From Planctomycetota bacterium (GTDB taxonomy: Bacteria; Planctomycetota; Phycisphaerae; Phycisphaerales; Phycisphaeraceae): DNA of 45,515 nt. Location: the NCBI GenBank assembly GCA_029267795.1, contig JAJUHR010000001.1, positions 1-45,515 of the forward strand. The letters run 5' to 3'. Numbering within the stretch: position 1 is the first letter of the stretch; every line of letters begins with the position of its first letter. Made by a program: the position numbers and the translations under genes. The notes beneath the pieces were generated by a model. That model did no database searches. It was not told the DNA's origin and saw nothing but the letters and a program-made list of their open reading frames with translations. This document shows, in pieces, positions 23,401 through 32,939 of this stretch.

Positions 23401-26400
23401 GGCCGAGGCGGTCCGTCATCGCGATCAGATTGTTCACTGGGTCGTAGGTGTAGCGAGTGACGTGGCCCAGCGGATCGGTTTCGGCTGTGACGCGGTTGCG
23501 CATGTCGTAGGCGAACTTAGTTACGTGGCCCAGTGGGTCGGTAACGGAAGTGCGGTTGTTGTCCGCGTCGTAGCGGAACTTGGTCACGCCACCCTCGGGA
23601 TCGATGGTCTTCACCAACCTGTTCCGGGAGTCGTATTCGTTGCGCGTGACGTGGCCGTTGGGGTCGGTGGTGGCAACCAGGTTGCCAGCCAGGTCGTAGT
23701 CGGACGTGGTGATGGGCGATTCGAGCGGTCCACCCCCGGAAGCGGCGTCGCCGTCCGGGTCGGGGGCGGTGATCTGGATCAGGCGATCCATCGCGTCGTA
23801 TTTGTTGATGGTGATGTTGCCGCGGGCATCGGTGGTTTGGACCAGGTTGCCATTAGCGTCGTAGTCAAACTCCGTGACGGGTGATGTGAGCGGCCCGCCC
23901 CCGCCCCCGGAAGAAGCGTCGCCATCTGGGTCGGCTTCCGTGATGCGGATGAGGCGATTCAGCGCATCGTACTCGTACTGCGTGCGGTGGCCGTTCTCGT
24001 CGATCACCGCGGTGCGGTTGCCAACGGCGTCGTACTCGTATTCCCGGAAGGCTTCGTCCGGCGTGCCCTTGGCGAAGGTCTCTTTGATCAGCCGACCGAG
24101 GGCGTCGTAGTCATAGTCGGTAACGCGCCCCAGCGGGTTGGTCATGGTGTCGACCAAGCCGTGGGAGGTGTAGGTGTAGGTGGTGACCAAGTCGTCCCCC
24201 CCGGAAGTGGTGTCCAGCTCGCCGACCACTCGCGTCATCTTCAGGACGTTGCCAGTAGCCGGGTCAAGCTCGTACAGCGTCTGCCGGCCCAGCTCGTCGG
24301 TCATGCTCGTCATCTGGTTGAACGTGGTGTCGTAGGTGAACTCGCGACGGCCGCGGCCGGTTGGGACGCCGCCAAGATCGCCACGCTGGTTCAGCAGCAC
24401 TGAGATGGTGCCGGCAGGGTCGTCCACGGTGATGATGTCCAGGCGATCGTCGTGGTTGAGGTCGACCGCGGGGGCCCGGACCGCTGGAGTGCCGGTTGCG
24501 GCGAAGGTGACGGGCGGCGCGAACGTGCCGTCCCCGGCCCCGCGCCAGACGCTGACCCCTGATCGTGGTGTGGTGATCAGGTCGACTTGACCGTCGCCAT
24601 CGACGTCGCCTCCGCTGACCGCTGTGATGGAAGTGCTTGATGTGTACCGCCTTTTGAGAGAGAAAGTGCCGTCGCCGTGTCCGAAGAAGATCGAAAGCAC
24701 GAATTGACCTTTTGCGATTAGATCCTCTCCGGCAGCCGCGTCGAGCAAACCATCCCCGTTGAAGTCGGCGATGTAAAAATCGTCTCGGAGGGGTCTACCT
24801 AAAGTTGGCAGGTTCACAATGGAGGAGAAAGTCCCGTCCCCATGGCCGAGGATCGTGACAAGCCCTCGGGGAGCGTCGCTGGCGGCCACGAGGTCGAGGT
24901 TGCCATCGTTGTTGAGGTCCACGGCCTTGACGACGTTGGTGGCGTGGGGGCTGATGCTGACATCGTGGCGGGTAAAGGTGGCGCCGTCGCCGGAACCGAG
25001 CAGGACGGTGAGTTGCTGGCTGTCGTGGTTGCTGACCACGATGTCGGGGTTGGTGTCCTTGTTGAAATCTGCGATATCCACGCCGCTGATATTGGCCCCG
25101 AGGCTGATGACCTGCGGCGCTCCGAAGGTTCCATCGCCCTGGCCTAAGAGGATCGATGCGCTGCCTTTGGAATGATTGGCTGTAACTAGGTCGATTTTGC
25201 CGTCCTTGTTCAGGTCGCCTGCGGCTACCCGGATGCTGGGTGATAGGGACGGATCGACCCCGATGCTGAAGGATTGTCTGGGCTGGAAGGTGCCCTCACC
25301 GGTGCCCAGGAACACGGAAATAGCGGCCTCGGACCGGTTGGTCACCGCGATGTCCAGGTTGCCGTCGTTATTAAAGTCCGCGGCCAAGTGATCGTAAGGT
25401 GTATCGCCCGCGGGGTAGTCGGCACGTGTGGCGAACGTGCCGTCGCCGTGCCCAAAGAGGATGGAGAGATGGTTCTCACTGCTGGTGGAATTTCCAACCA
25501 CGAGATCTAAGCTGCCATCGTCGTTCAGGTCCGAGACGGCAACGTCCACGGGCTGGGAACCGGTGTCAAACGTCCGATATGGGCCGAAGCCGCCGGTTCC
25601 GTCGCCCAAGAGCACCGAGATGCTATTTCCGCTAATGAGATTGGGGATGATCAGGTCGAGGTCGCCGTTGTGGTCGAGATCGGCGACCTGGATCGCTCCC
25701 TGAACGCCACCGGTTTCGAAGGTATTAAAGGAGCCAAACGTGCCGTCGCCGTTGCCAAGCAGGACAGACACCCGATCGCCGGCGTTGTCATTCCCCGCGA
25801 TCAGGTCGAGGTTCCCATCGTGGTTCAAGTCTGCCGACACCACAAAGACGGGGTTGATGCCGACGGGGAAGTCTTGGAACGGCGTGAAGGTGCCGTCGCT
25901 GTTGCCCAAAATCACGGTCACGCTGCTGCCGGTCGCGTTCTCATAATTTGCGGTTACGAGGTCGAGATTCCCGTCCTTGTTCAGGTCCCCAACTGGTGAA
26001 GTGATTAGATCGTTTACGGGGATCTGGTTGAACGGATCAAAGGTGCCGTCTCCGTTCCCCAGAAGAATCGCGAAACGATCGGCGCTCGTCACGAGAAGAT
26101 CAACGTTGCCGTCCTTGTTCACATCGGATACAGCAACGCTGGATGGGCCAAAGGCGGTGCTGTCCCCCGTTGGGTAATCTACCCGCGGACTGAACGTGCC
26201 GTCGCCTAGCCCCAGTAAGACTGAGATGGTGTTGTCGTTTCGGTTGGGAGAAACGAGGTCGAGGAACCCATCGTCGTTGAGATCAGCCGCGAGGACCTTG
26301 CCCGGGCCTGCGCCAACGGCGTAGTCCCTGCGGGGCGCGAACGTGCCGTCGCTTCCAACGAGGAACACGGAAACCGAGTTATCGTCCAGGTTGCCGGTGA

Positions 26401-29400
26401 CAACGTCGAGGATGTCATCGCTGTTCAAATCCGCCGAAGTGACGTGTGTCGGCCCATTCGTAATGGGCAGGATGGGATTGGGGAACAACGTCGCCGAGTT
26501 GGCCCCGCCGAATGCGATGGGGTCGGAGATGGTGAGAATATTGCCCCGCTCGTCGTAGGTGTAGGTGGTTTCGAAGCCGCGGGCGTCGGTGATCCTCGTG
26601 ATGAGGTTGCGGTTGTCGCGGTTGTAGGTCGGGAGATTGCCGGCACCGTCGTTGGAGGAATGGATCGCGCCCCGCCGGTTGAGCACCGTGTGGGTCACGT
26701 TACCGTTGGCGTCGGTGTGATGGGATTCGGCACTCTCGTCCAGGGGGAAGGCCGAGGGAGAATTGAGCGGGTCAATGGTGTCCTCGGGCGGGAGCAAGGA
26801 GCGAGTTTTTGCGGGGGCAAAGTGGAGTTCGGAGCCGTCCCTACGGATGGCGCCTGTTGCTCGGCCAGCAAAATCGAACAAGGATTGTTCGTGGTTACCG
26901 CGTTTGTCGATCTCCCCGACCATGCGGTGCTGGGCGTCATATTCCCATGTACGGAACGTGCCGTCGGGGTCAGTGATCTTGACGAGGTTGCCGGCGGCAT
27001 CGTATTCGAGTTGAGTGACGCGATTGGCCGGGTCGGTGATTGAGGTGACACGCTTGCCTCCACCAGTGGGACCGGAATAGTCGAAGACAGTCTCCAGGCC
27101 CACAGGATCGGTGATCTTGATCAGCCGGTTCTGGCCGTCGTAGCCGTACGTGGTAATGTTGCTGTTGCGATCGGTCATCGACGCGACCTTGTTCGCGGCG
27201 TTGAACCGATAGACAGTCTGATCCTCGGTGGTGCGCTGGAAGGTGCCGTCGGGGAGCTTGACGAGGGTCGTAAAGTCGGTGGGCGTGGGGATGTACGGAT
27301 CACCGGGGTTGCTTCCGGGGGCAGGCGCCTCGAAGAGCACTTGGCCTCCGTCCCCATTGATCAGCAGCACTGAGCCGTCGGGGTTCTCGGCAATTTCATA
27401 GAGCCCAGTGAGGCCCCAGCCGGCGCCGAAGATGCTATCGATCGAATTGACCACGATGACCTCGTCGGTGCTGGACGATGCCGACCCTATGAAAGTGCTG
27501 CCGTTGAACCGGCGAACTCCGCTGTCGAGCTGGTAGTCGTAGCGTCCCGTGGCAAGCAAGGTTGTGTCTACCTGCAGAGCAATCTCAATGGCCCCGCCGC
27601 TATCCAGGGACCAGAAGTGCTCGCCGCCAGTGAGACCAAACTCTCCGCCTGCGTGTCCAGCCACCTGGTACTGGAATTCACCGCGGGTCAGCGTCATCTT
27701 CGCGATCAGCCGTGATTGAGAATCCGGGGGTACGTTGCGATAGCCCACATGTACGATCGGACGAGGGTCGGCCCGCATCGAATCGTAAGTCAGGGTCTTG
27801 GCGCGGGAGACGCCTAATGACTCGTAGGACGCTAGGTCGTGTGTCTCGATCAGGGCGCCGGAGTGCAATTCAACTTCGGAGTCACCCTTCACTTTCGCCT
27901 TCGAGCAAGGATCACAATCACAATCCTCGCACTTTTTATTTTTTTCGGTGGGTTCCGGTGTGGTTGTTGACGAAGCGAAGAAGTGCCAGGATGAGTTGCG
28001 AATGCCGCCGGTGATGGTTTCGATCATCGAGCCGTCGGGGCTGACCTGGCCGGTGCCGACATTGTCGAAGAAGCCTGTGACAGGGTTGATTGACCAAAGG
28101 TCCATCAGCGTCCCTGGAGCATATCCAGCGGTGTTGGGCAGGGTGAGCTTGGCGGGTTCGAGGAATACCATCTCGCCGGGTTGGATCGTGACCACGATGT
28201 CCGGAAACAGGTTCTCCGGCAGTGGCGCCGGTGTCAGGTTCATCGGCACCTGCGTGATGCTCAGCACGCCTGTAAAGGGATTGCCCTGCTGATCGACCAG
28301 CGTGTTGGCCGCGACGAGCACCATCGCGTCGGAGTCGGGCTGGTCATCGTGATCCAGGTCCGCATGGACGACGTTGTCCTGGTCGGGCGTGATCGGCGAG
28401 CCGCTATCGACGTCCAGGGCCGGCAGGTAGATCGGCCGGTCGATCACGTTGTTCACCCCCGGAAAAACTTCGTGGCCCAGAAGCAGCGGCAGCTTTTCGG
28501 CGATGAAGGGGTAGATCTTGCCCGGCACGTTCGCGTCTTCGCCGTGGACTTTGAGGGTGTCCGCTGGGAGAGGTTCGGTGCCAAAATCGAGCTCAAACGA
28601 GCCATCCACCCCCGTGACCGTCTGCACGGGGCCCACCTCGATCGGTACAGCCACCAACGGCGTGCCATCGGTGTCCAGGATTACCCCCGACAGCCGCGCG
28701 GTGGTCACCGCGTCTGCCACCACGTGCAACGTCACCTCCTGCGTGGTCTGTAGCGCCCCGTCGGAGGCGATTAGCGTGAAGGCATAATCACCCACCTGAT
28801 CTGGCGTGGGGCTGAACGTCAGCGTGCCGTTCGCTTGAAGCATCCCCGTCGGCAAAGCGTCGTCAGACTGAATTGAGAAGGTCACCAAATCTCCGTCGGG
28901 ATCGGTCGCCACCAGCGGCACTTCCAGTTTGTCCCCCGGCATCACCGTGAGCTCACCTACCGGCTCGAATACCGGAGCCTGATTGGGACCACCCACTAAA
29001 ACTTCCGGGGTCAGGTTGAAGCGCACTTGATCGGGGTTATCGAACTCGATCTGAATGGGGTCGCTGATCGCCTCGAAAGCCAGGCCACCCCGCCGAATGG
29101 CCTCCAGGAAGTTGATATAGGGATTGCCACCGATGTCGGTACCTGAGGGGTTGAGCATCGTGACTTCCGGCGGCAGCCCCGGGAACAACACCACCACGTT
29201 GCGGCCCAGGGCCTCGCCGTGGTTCCACACCCGCAGCTCCGCCGTGTAACGACCGGTGGTCTGATTGAACCGCACATTGCTCACCAGCACTTCCACATCA
29301 CTAGAGGGGGTGAGCGTTGAGAGATCTATCGCACTTCCGGGGGCATCCGTCGTGGCCGACACGGGGAACACTGGCGAAGCCACACCCTCCTCGTCCACCT

Positions 29401-31312
29401 CGTTCTCCAGCGACACTACCTCCACCCGGCTGCCCGTGTCCGCGTCGCTATTGAGCATCTGGAGCACCAGCAGGCCTTGATCCAGTGCCCCAAGGCTCGT
29501 CAAGTCGATCCGCACCGTCGCGCCGTCAAAGCTGACCAACCCGGGTACAAAATCGGCCTGATCGCCGGCGAGAGAGAACAGCGCCGTTCCGGGGGCACTT
29601 CCGGGGGTGCCGTGGCCGAGCAGCGTCTGCGACGGGTCGTTCGGGTCGACCAGGTAAACCAGGAACACGTCCTCGATCACCGGAGCCGTGTCGGTGGTGT
29701 CGAAGTGCGGCTCCAGCATCAGCCGCAGCGTACGCGAGCCTTGCTCCTGGCCCAGGTCGATCGGCAGCGTGCTCTGCGCCACGAAGCTGTCGTCCTCGTT
29801 TAGGATCGCTACGTGCCGGGTGATCGTTTGGCTGAAGCTGCTGATGTTGCCGGCGATGTCCGTGGCTGTCGCTGTGAAAGTGTTGCTCCCGAGCGACAGC
29901 GGCACGCCCGGGAACTCGAACAAGCCCGCCTCGTCGGCGGTGGTCGTCGCGCCGGTAAGGTTCAGCAGCACCATGGCCCCCGGTTCGGCTTGGCCCACCA
30001 AATTCACCGCAGCCGCCGCGGTCTCCTGGTCTCCCAGCGGGTTCGGGTCCGAGTCGGTCGCCAAGTCGAGGGTCGGCGTCGCCGCCACCGTATCCAGCGT
30101 GAAACTCAGATCTGCTAAGGCCAGTGCGCCGCCGGAGGTGTCTTCGGCCCGCAGGTGCAGCGTGTGTTGACCATCGGACAGTGGGGCGCCCAGGATCGAC
30201 TCCAGGTCGGTGCGGCCGAAAAGAAACGAGCCGTTGGGGCCCAGCTTGCCGGTGATGTCGACGAAGGAGTTCAGCGGTGTTACGTCGAGGCCGACGCGCA
30301 CCTTCGCCGCGTCCTCGTGGAACGCCACCCGGCCGGTGACCGTCGGATCAAACGTGATCCCGTCGCTCTTGAGCGGGGAATCGTCTGATGCGCCCGCCGG
30401 GGCCGTGTCGCGGTTCAGCGATGTGGTTATACCCATCGGTGCGACCAGATCGGTCTGGAACGTCTGACGGAAGCGGAACAGGTCCAGGTTGTCCACGTCC
30501 CCGTCGGCGTCGCTGTCAAAGAGCGGGTTGTACGGCGTCAACGCCTGGAGCGGCGAGGCTCCGTTCAAGCTGGCGCCGGTGATCCCCAGGCTCTTGCGTA
30601 GGCTGCGCTCCGCCAGCCGCTGCAGCATCCCCCGTACCGAATGCTCCGACGTCTTTGTCAGCTTCAGCGCGGTCAGTCCAGCCTCACTGACCGACGGGAA
30701 CGTTTGGCGGAACTTGAACAGGTCCAGGTTGTCCACATCCCGGTCGCCATCCGCGTCCCCGTAATACCGGTAGAAGTCGAAGCGGTAATCATCGGCGGGT
30801 AAACCGGTGCCGATGCCATCGCCATTGCCGTCAAGGGTATTGCCTTGGCTGTCGGTGATCCCGGCCGACGCCAGCGTCGCGGTGTAGTTGCCGTTAGTTA
30901 GCGTCTTTCCCGCCAGGCCCGGGAACGTCCACGTGGCACGGTTCGTCGCTGGGTCGTACGACACCGCCGTCGCCGCTGGGTCGACCGCTTGCCCCGTGGT
31001 CAGATTCTGCAGGTGAAGGTCCGAGGCCTGCAGGCTCGCTGACACGTCTTTGCTAAAGTCCACTGCGATGCTCGTGACCATCGATCGCTGCAGCGCGTCC
31101 TCGTTGAGGCGAAAGGCTAAGACAGTCGGAGCTCCATCGAGCATGATCCGCGGCTCCAGGGGCTCCAGTCCCGAAAAGATCGCCGTCGGCCGCGCCAGAT
31201 GGTTCTGCCGGCTCGCACGCTGCCGCATCGCCGCCCTCCCGGTGGCCACCCGCTGGTGCAGGTAATAGTTCACAAACCGCGCCGCCTCGTACAACCGTGA
31301 GCTCATCGACAT
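20489..31312 (-). CDS. 3607-aa RHS/YD-repeat polymorphic toxin with an N-terminal LEPR-XLL motif, dockerin/EF-hand-like repeats, Ig-like region, FG-GAP/VCBS array, RHS core and a variable C-terminal domain
   Basis: N-terminus GLEPLEPRIMLDG. Two copies of DADGD.DVDNLDLF.FRQTF. Many YD repeats (e.g. TYDALNRQI, YDAVGNLV). RHS core YLYTGREFDPEIDLYHYRARTYDATLGRFAQRDPIGFKGGWNLYEYVHSAPTMFLDPSGL. Confidence 0.97.
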   Translation of the reverse strand: MSMSSRLYEAARFVNYYLHQRVATGRAAMRQRASRQNHLARPTAIFSGLEPLEPRIMLDGAPTVLAFRLNEDALQRSMVTSIAVDFSKDVSASLQASDLHLQNLTTGQAVDPAATAVSYDPATNRATWTFPGLAGKTLTNGNYTATLASAGITDSQGNTLDGNGDGIGTGLPADDYRFDFYRYYGDADGDRDVDNLDLFKFRQTFPSVSEAGLTALKLTKTSEHSVRGMLQRLAERSLRKSLGITGASLNGASPLQALTPYNPLFDSDADGDVDNLDLFRFRQTFQTDLVAPMGITTSLNRDTAPAGASDDSPLKSDGITFDPTVTGRVAFHEDAAKVRVGLDVTPLNSFVDITGKLGPNGSFLFGRTDLESILGAPLSDGQHTLHLRAEDTSGGALALADLSFTLDTVAATPTLDLATDSDPNPLGDQETAAAAVNLVGQAEPGAMVLLNLTGATTTADEAGLFEFPGVPLSLGSNTFTATATDIAGNISSFSQTITRHVAILNEDDSFVAQSTLPIDLGQEQGSRTLRLMLEPHFDTTDTAPVIEDVFLVYLVDPNDPSQTLLGHGTPGSAPGTALFSLAGDQADFVPGLVSFDGATVRIDLTSLGALDQGLLVLQMLNSDADTGSRVEVVSLENEVDEEGVASPVFPVSATTDAPGSAIDLSTLTPSSDVEVLVSNVRFNQTTGRYTAELRVWNHGEALGRNVVVLFPGLPPEVTMLNPSGTDIGGNPYINFLEAIRRGGLAFEAISDPIQIEFDNPDQVRFNLTPEVLVGGPNQAPVFEPVGELTVMPGDKLEVPLVATDPDGDLVTFSIQSDDALPTGMLQANGTLTFSPTPDQVGDYAFTLIASDGALQTTQEVTLHVVADAVTTARLSGVILDTDGTPLVAVPIEVGPVQTVTGVDGSFELDFGTEPLPADTLKVHGEDANVPGKIYPFIAEKLPLLLGHEVFPGVNNVIDRPIYLPALDVDSGSPITPDQDNVVHADLDHDDQPDSDAMVLVAANTLVDQQGNPFTGVLSITQVPMNLTPAPLPENLFPDIVVTIQPGEMVFLEPAKLTLPNTAGYAPGTLMDLWSINPVTGFFDNVGTGQVSPDGSMIETITGGIRNSSWHFFASSTTTPEPTEKNKKCEDCDCDPCSKAKVKGDSEVELHSGALIETHDLASYESLGVSRAKTLTYDSMRADPRPIVHVGYRNVPPDSQSRLIAKMTLTRGEFQYQVAGHAGGEFGLTGGEHFWSLDSGGAIEIALQVDTTLLATGRYDYQLDSGVRRFNGSTFIGSASSSTDEVIVVNSIDSIFGAGWGLTGLYEIAENPDGSVLLINGDGGQVLFEAPAPGSNPGDPYIPTPTDFTTLVKLPDGTFQRTTEDQTVYRFNAANKVASMTDRNSNITTYGYDGQNRLIKITDPVGLETVFDYSGPTGGGKRVTSITDPANRVTQLEYDAAGNLVKITDPDGTFRTWEYDAQHRMVGEIDKRGNHEQSLFDFAGRATGAIRRDGSELHFAPAKTRSLLPPEDTIDPLNSPSAFPLDESAESHHTDANGNVTHTVLNRRGAIHSSNDGAGNLPTYNRDNRNLITRITDARGFETTYTYDERGNILTISDPIAFGGANSATLFPNPILPITNGPTHVTSADLNSDDILDVVTGNLDDNSVSVFLVGSDGTFAPRRDYAVGAGPGKVLAADLNDDGFLDLVSPNRNDNTISVLLGLGDGTFSPRVDYPTGDSTAFGPSSVAVSDVNKDGNVDLLVTSADRFAILLGNGDGTFDPFNQIPVNDLITSPVGDLNKDGNLDLVTANYENATGSSVTVILGNSDGTFTPFQDFPVGINPVFVVSADLNHDGNLDLIAGNDNAGDRVSVLLGNGDGTFGSFNTFETGGVQGAIQVADLDHNGDLDLIIPNLISGNSISVLLGDGTGGFGPYRTFDTGSQPVDVAVSDLNDDGSLDLVVGNSTSSENHLSILFGHGDGTFATRADYPAGDTPYDHLAADFNNDGNLDIAVTNRSEAAISVFLGTGEGTFQPRQSFSIGVDPSLSPSIRVAAGDLNKDGKIDLVTANHSKGSASILLGQGDGTFGAPQVISLGANISGVDIADFNKDTNPDIVVSNHDSQQLTVLLGSGDGATFTRHDVSISPHATNVVKAVDLNNDGNLDLVAASDAPRGLVTILGHGDGTFSSIVNLPTLGRPLRDDFYIADFNGDGLLDAAAGEDLIAKGQFVLSIFFGHGDGTFSLKRRYTSSTSITAVSGGDVDGDGQVDLITTPRSGVSVWRGAGDGTFAPPVTFAATGTPAVRAPAVDLNHDDRLDIITVDDPAGTISVLLNQRGDLGGVPTGRGRREFTYDTTFNQMTSMTDELGRQTLYELDPATGNVLKMTRVVGELDTTSGGDDLVTTYTYTSHGLVDTMTNPLGRVTDYDYDALGRLIKETFAKGTPDEAFREYEYDAVGNRTAVIDENGHRTQYEYDALNRLIRITEADPDGDASSGGGGGPLTSPVTEFDYDANGNLVQTTDARGNITINKYDAMDRLIQITAPDPDGDAASGGGPLESPITTSDYDLAGNLVATTDPNGHVTRNEYDSRNRLVKTIDPEGGVTKFRYDADNNRTSVTDPLGHVTKFAYDMRNRVTAETDPLGHVTRYTYDPVNNLIAMTDRLGRRTRSEYDDLDRLVRQIDPLGGVSTSTYDKANQLITQTDQLGRTTHFTYDHRDRLIAITNPLGDVSRSEYDAAGNLVAVTDELGRTTQYTYDALDRQIQLTDPLGNRSISQYDAMGNLVAATDARGNTTHLTYDALNRQIEIINAEGKRAIYSYDALGNLIAVTDELGRQTQFIYDGRNRLTQTIDPDGGITKCTYDHNDNLISLTDPVGNKTTFEYDELNRLFREIDPLGKARSFEYDAVGNLVAMTDRNGRRTEMEYDALDRVVQERWIGTDQVIASSYDPVGNLLQITDRFSSLAVTYDDLNRPTRVDNAGTPGSPHVVLDYRYDPVGNVLAVSDSIDGTAAGVTSYAYDTMDRTTRITQSGSGLTEKRVDLDYNPIGQLGSIQRFADLAGNGLVAESSYHYDTLNRIRNLTHSNTLGTISFFDFEYDDASQITALTDVDGRTDYTYDNRSQLIGADHADATNPDEGYTYDANGNRLDSHLHGNGYVTGPANTLLSDGTFTYDYDDEGNTIRRMNIATGEVREFTYDHRNRLVRVTDRVGEGGVVTQEVEFTYDALNRRIAKMVDADGAGAALPRATHFVYDREDVILDFVDVDDTGPSTPVLAARYLHGPGVDMVLAQENYDGAGNSTSVLWLLTDHLGTTRDLVDSSGGVVNHLTYDSFGKVIAQTEPSGNTRYLYTGREFDPEIDLYHYRARTYDATLGRFAQRDPIGFKGGWNLYEYVHSAPTMFLDPSGLEKITGDVKILDKTMFRGGSWVQFTGPGPVTLVHFHFEADVTCNDQGTVAWEKDKPPHADLVKKNTESDNTGFEHVGRVKCGDNNPDGIFIKWTGSSKERDFPLFETVSKATGGGIAIGSALGAGLGAAGIGIPASLGGPGVTVVGIKAGAIAGGKAGGGLGGLVTGIGTLIYGTVAEAFDYEWSLEFEATWTVCCECSKDNPVWKPKITGPTWKRIDEFKSNDDEVIVTHHP
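20492..21187 (-). other. 232-aa C-terminal cargo/toxin domain of the RHS protein, downstream of the DPSGL cleavage motif; contains a glycine-zipper hydrophobic segment
   Basis: The tail begins EKITGDVKILDK. It includes GGGIAIGSALGAGLGAAGIGIPASLGGPGVTVVGIKAGAIAGGKAGGGLGGLVTGIGTLIYG and a CCEC motif. The DNA here is visibly more AT-rich than the rest of the gene. Confidence 0.75.
24380..26470 (-). repeat. Coding array of about 13-14 FG-GAP/VCBS repeats (D.N.DG..D ... G.GDGTF) embedded between two YD-repeat blocks of the RHS protein
   Basis: GDGTF-type motifs counted in the translation: GSDGTF, GLGDGTF, GNGDGTF, GNSDGTF, GNGDGTF, GDGTGGF, GHGDGTF, GTGEGTF, GQGDGTF, GSGDGATF, GHGDGTF, GHGDGTF, GAGDGTF. 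The block edges were read from the DNA (SADLNSDD near 26460, VDLNHDDRLD near 24440). Confidence 0.8.
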
Positions 31313-32065
31313 GGCAATATCCCCTTACCGCCTTCTTGGGATCAGCCCGAACACCGCCGGAATCCAGAGAAAAAATCGATGAAAGAGCAGTCGCCCGCGC
31401 CGAGACGAAACTCGGGCCGAATCAAGCCCACTCGTTAGGCCGCCGCCCGAATCGCCAAGACCGCGCTTGCCAACGCCCAGCTACACGCACGCATCGCCAC
31501 ACCTCCTGGATAAGAAGGTCAGGCCGAAGGAGGCGGAAGGAAGAAGACCGACGGAGAGAACCGCAAGTCAAAGGGGGAGAGTAATTGGGGAGAAAAAAGA
31601 ACAGGCCGTGTTGCACCCACCGGGAACATGGTTATGAGTATAACCACCCGGCCGAAATCGGGTCAATAGAATTTAAGGCCAAATCGTCAACCTTCTGCAC
31701 GCCGGTCTTCAGGCCGAGCCTTTTCCCTAACCACCGATCGCTCCGCCGACACTCAGTAACACTTGACTTGCACCGACGATGGGGATGCGACACCACTCCG
31801 AGGCAACAACTGAGCGATTACCAGAAAAGATTTTTCTGAAGATAAGGTAAGACCGTCACGTACCACTGACGCGACGTTCCCTGAAGATCGGTTCGTTCAA
31901 GAGCCATCCTCAGCCAGCCAAAGTTTGGCTCCCCACGACCCAGTCTTGCCGGCGCTATCGAGGACACTTCTGAGGGCGGTGGCTCTTTGGGGGGCGCACT
32001 TCCGGAAGCAGGGGCACGAGGAAAATGCCGTTGATGGTGTCCTGCTTAAACCCAACGATCGCCAG

Positions 32066-32720
32066 CTAACGTACACCCGGAAAAACCTCCACCGCGAGCA
32101 GCTCCTCACTGCCGGCCTTGAACTCCACGAAGCCCACCATTTCACCGGTCCGCGGGTCTGCCTTCCACACGCCGCACTTAAGGCCCTTGACACGGTCCAG
32201 GATCGGCAGGTCCTCCAATTCACTCTTCTCGCGGATTTTCGGGAGTCCGACAAAGGTATACGTGCCGTGGAAGCGGAGCCCTTGGGTGTAACCTGAGAAC
32301 CGCGCCATGGCATTGCACTTCCGTGTGGCCAGGTGCACGACCTGCGGTTCCCCTACCGGGGTCGAGCACCAGCAGCCGCTTGGCGTACCTTCGCGGTGAG
32401 TGCGGCATCGAAAATCCCCGCGCGCCCCCCATCTTCCCAATGGAGACCTCGATCAGTTCCCCTCCTCCGTCTTCCTTCTGCAGCCTCCGGTCTTCCGGGG
32501 GGTGCTGCTCTCACCAGTGCGGTGACGTAGCGGGGCCTGCCGCCCTGGATCGCCAGATCGTTGAGATGGCAGCGGAGAACCGCGTGTTAACGATCCAGAG
32601 CTGGGGAACTCCCTCGGAACCCCGCCTCCGGAAGTTTTGCCCACGGAAGTATTGTCCCCGAAGCCCGCACCTCACCCTCACGCCCTCACCCCAGGCAGAC
32701 CGCCCCCGATCCCACATCCC
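32066..32720 (-). pseudogene. Frameshifted, 5'-truncated TIGR03032/DUF4915-family gene relic
   Basis: Homology-like segments sit in three different minus-strand frames: PQLWIVNTRFSAAISTI; GRPRYVTAL; GELIEVSIGKMGGARGFSMPHSPRRYAKRLLVLDPGRG; and ARFSGYTQGLRFHGTYTFVGLPKIREKSELEDLPILDRVKGLKCGVWKADPRTGEMVGFVEFKAGSEELLAVEVFPGVR. Confidence 0.55.
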
Positions 32721-32939
32721 CCGTACCCCTCAAGCTACGGATGATCGAAGACCCACCTCAAGCCCGACTCTGATCTTGGACAAAAAGCCTACTCCCCCGT
32801 TAGTGGATGCTGGTCCACAAGCCTGGTAAGGGAATATGGGCCAAGTTTTGCGAGTTGATTTTCTGCGAAATAATAGTACTTTTAGTTATGTAGTGCAATA
32901 TTATTTTGTTTTTCTGCGTTTAATGATAGGAGAGAATCT

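Noticed and set aside
24380-26470. Regular ~180-200-nt periodic repetition that could be mistaken for a repeat array or CRISPR
   Set aside because: The repeats are divergent coding FG-GAP/VCBS units within one continuous ORF. There is no repeat-spacer structure anywhere in the window.
31313-31900. Long untranslated region upstream of the RHS gene, with small ORFs (31297..31584 +, 31422..31616 -)
   Set aside because: The ORFs are low-complexity and Arg-rich. I could not identify a convincing promoter or RNA motif by eye.
32744-32775. Possible degenerate attL copy of the tRNA-Ser T-arm/variable-arm region
   Set aside because: It shares only scattered identity (GAT.CGAA..CCCAC ... AGCCCGA) with gaps, which is too weak to call without an alignment statistic.
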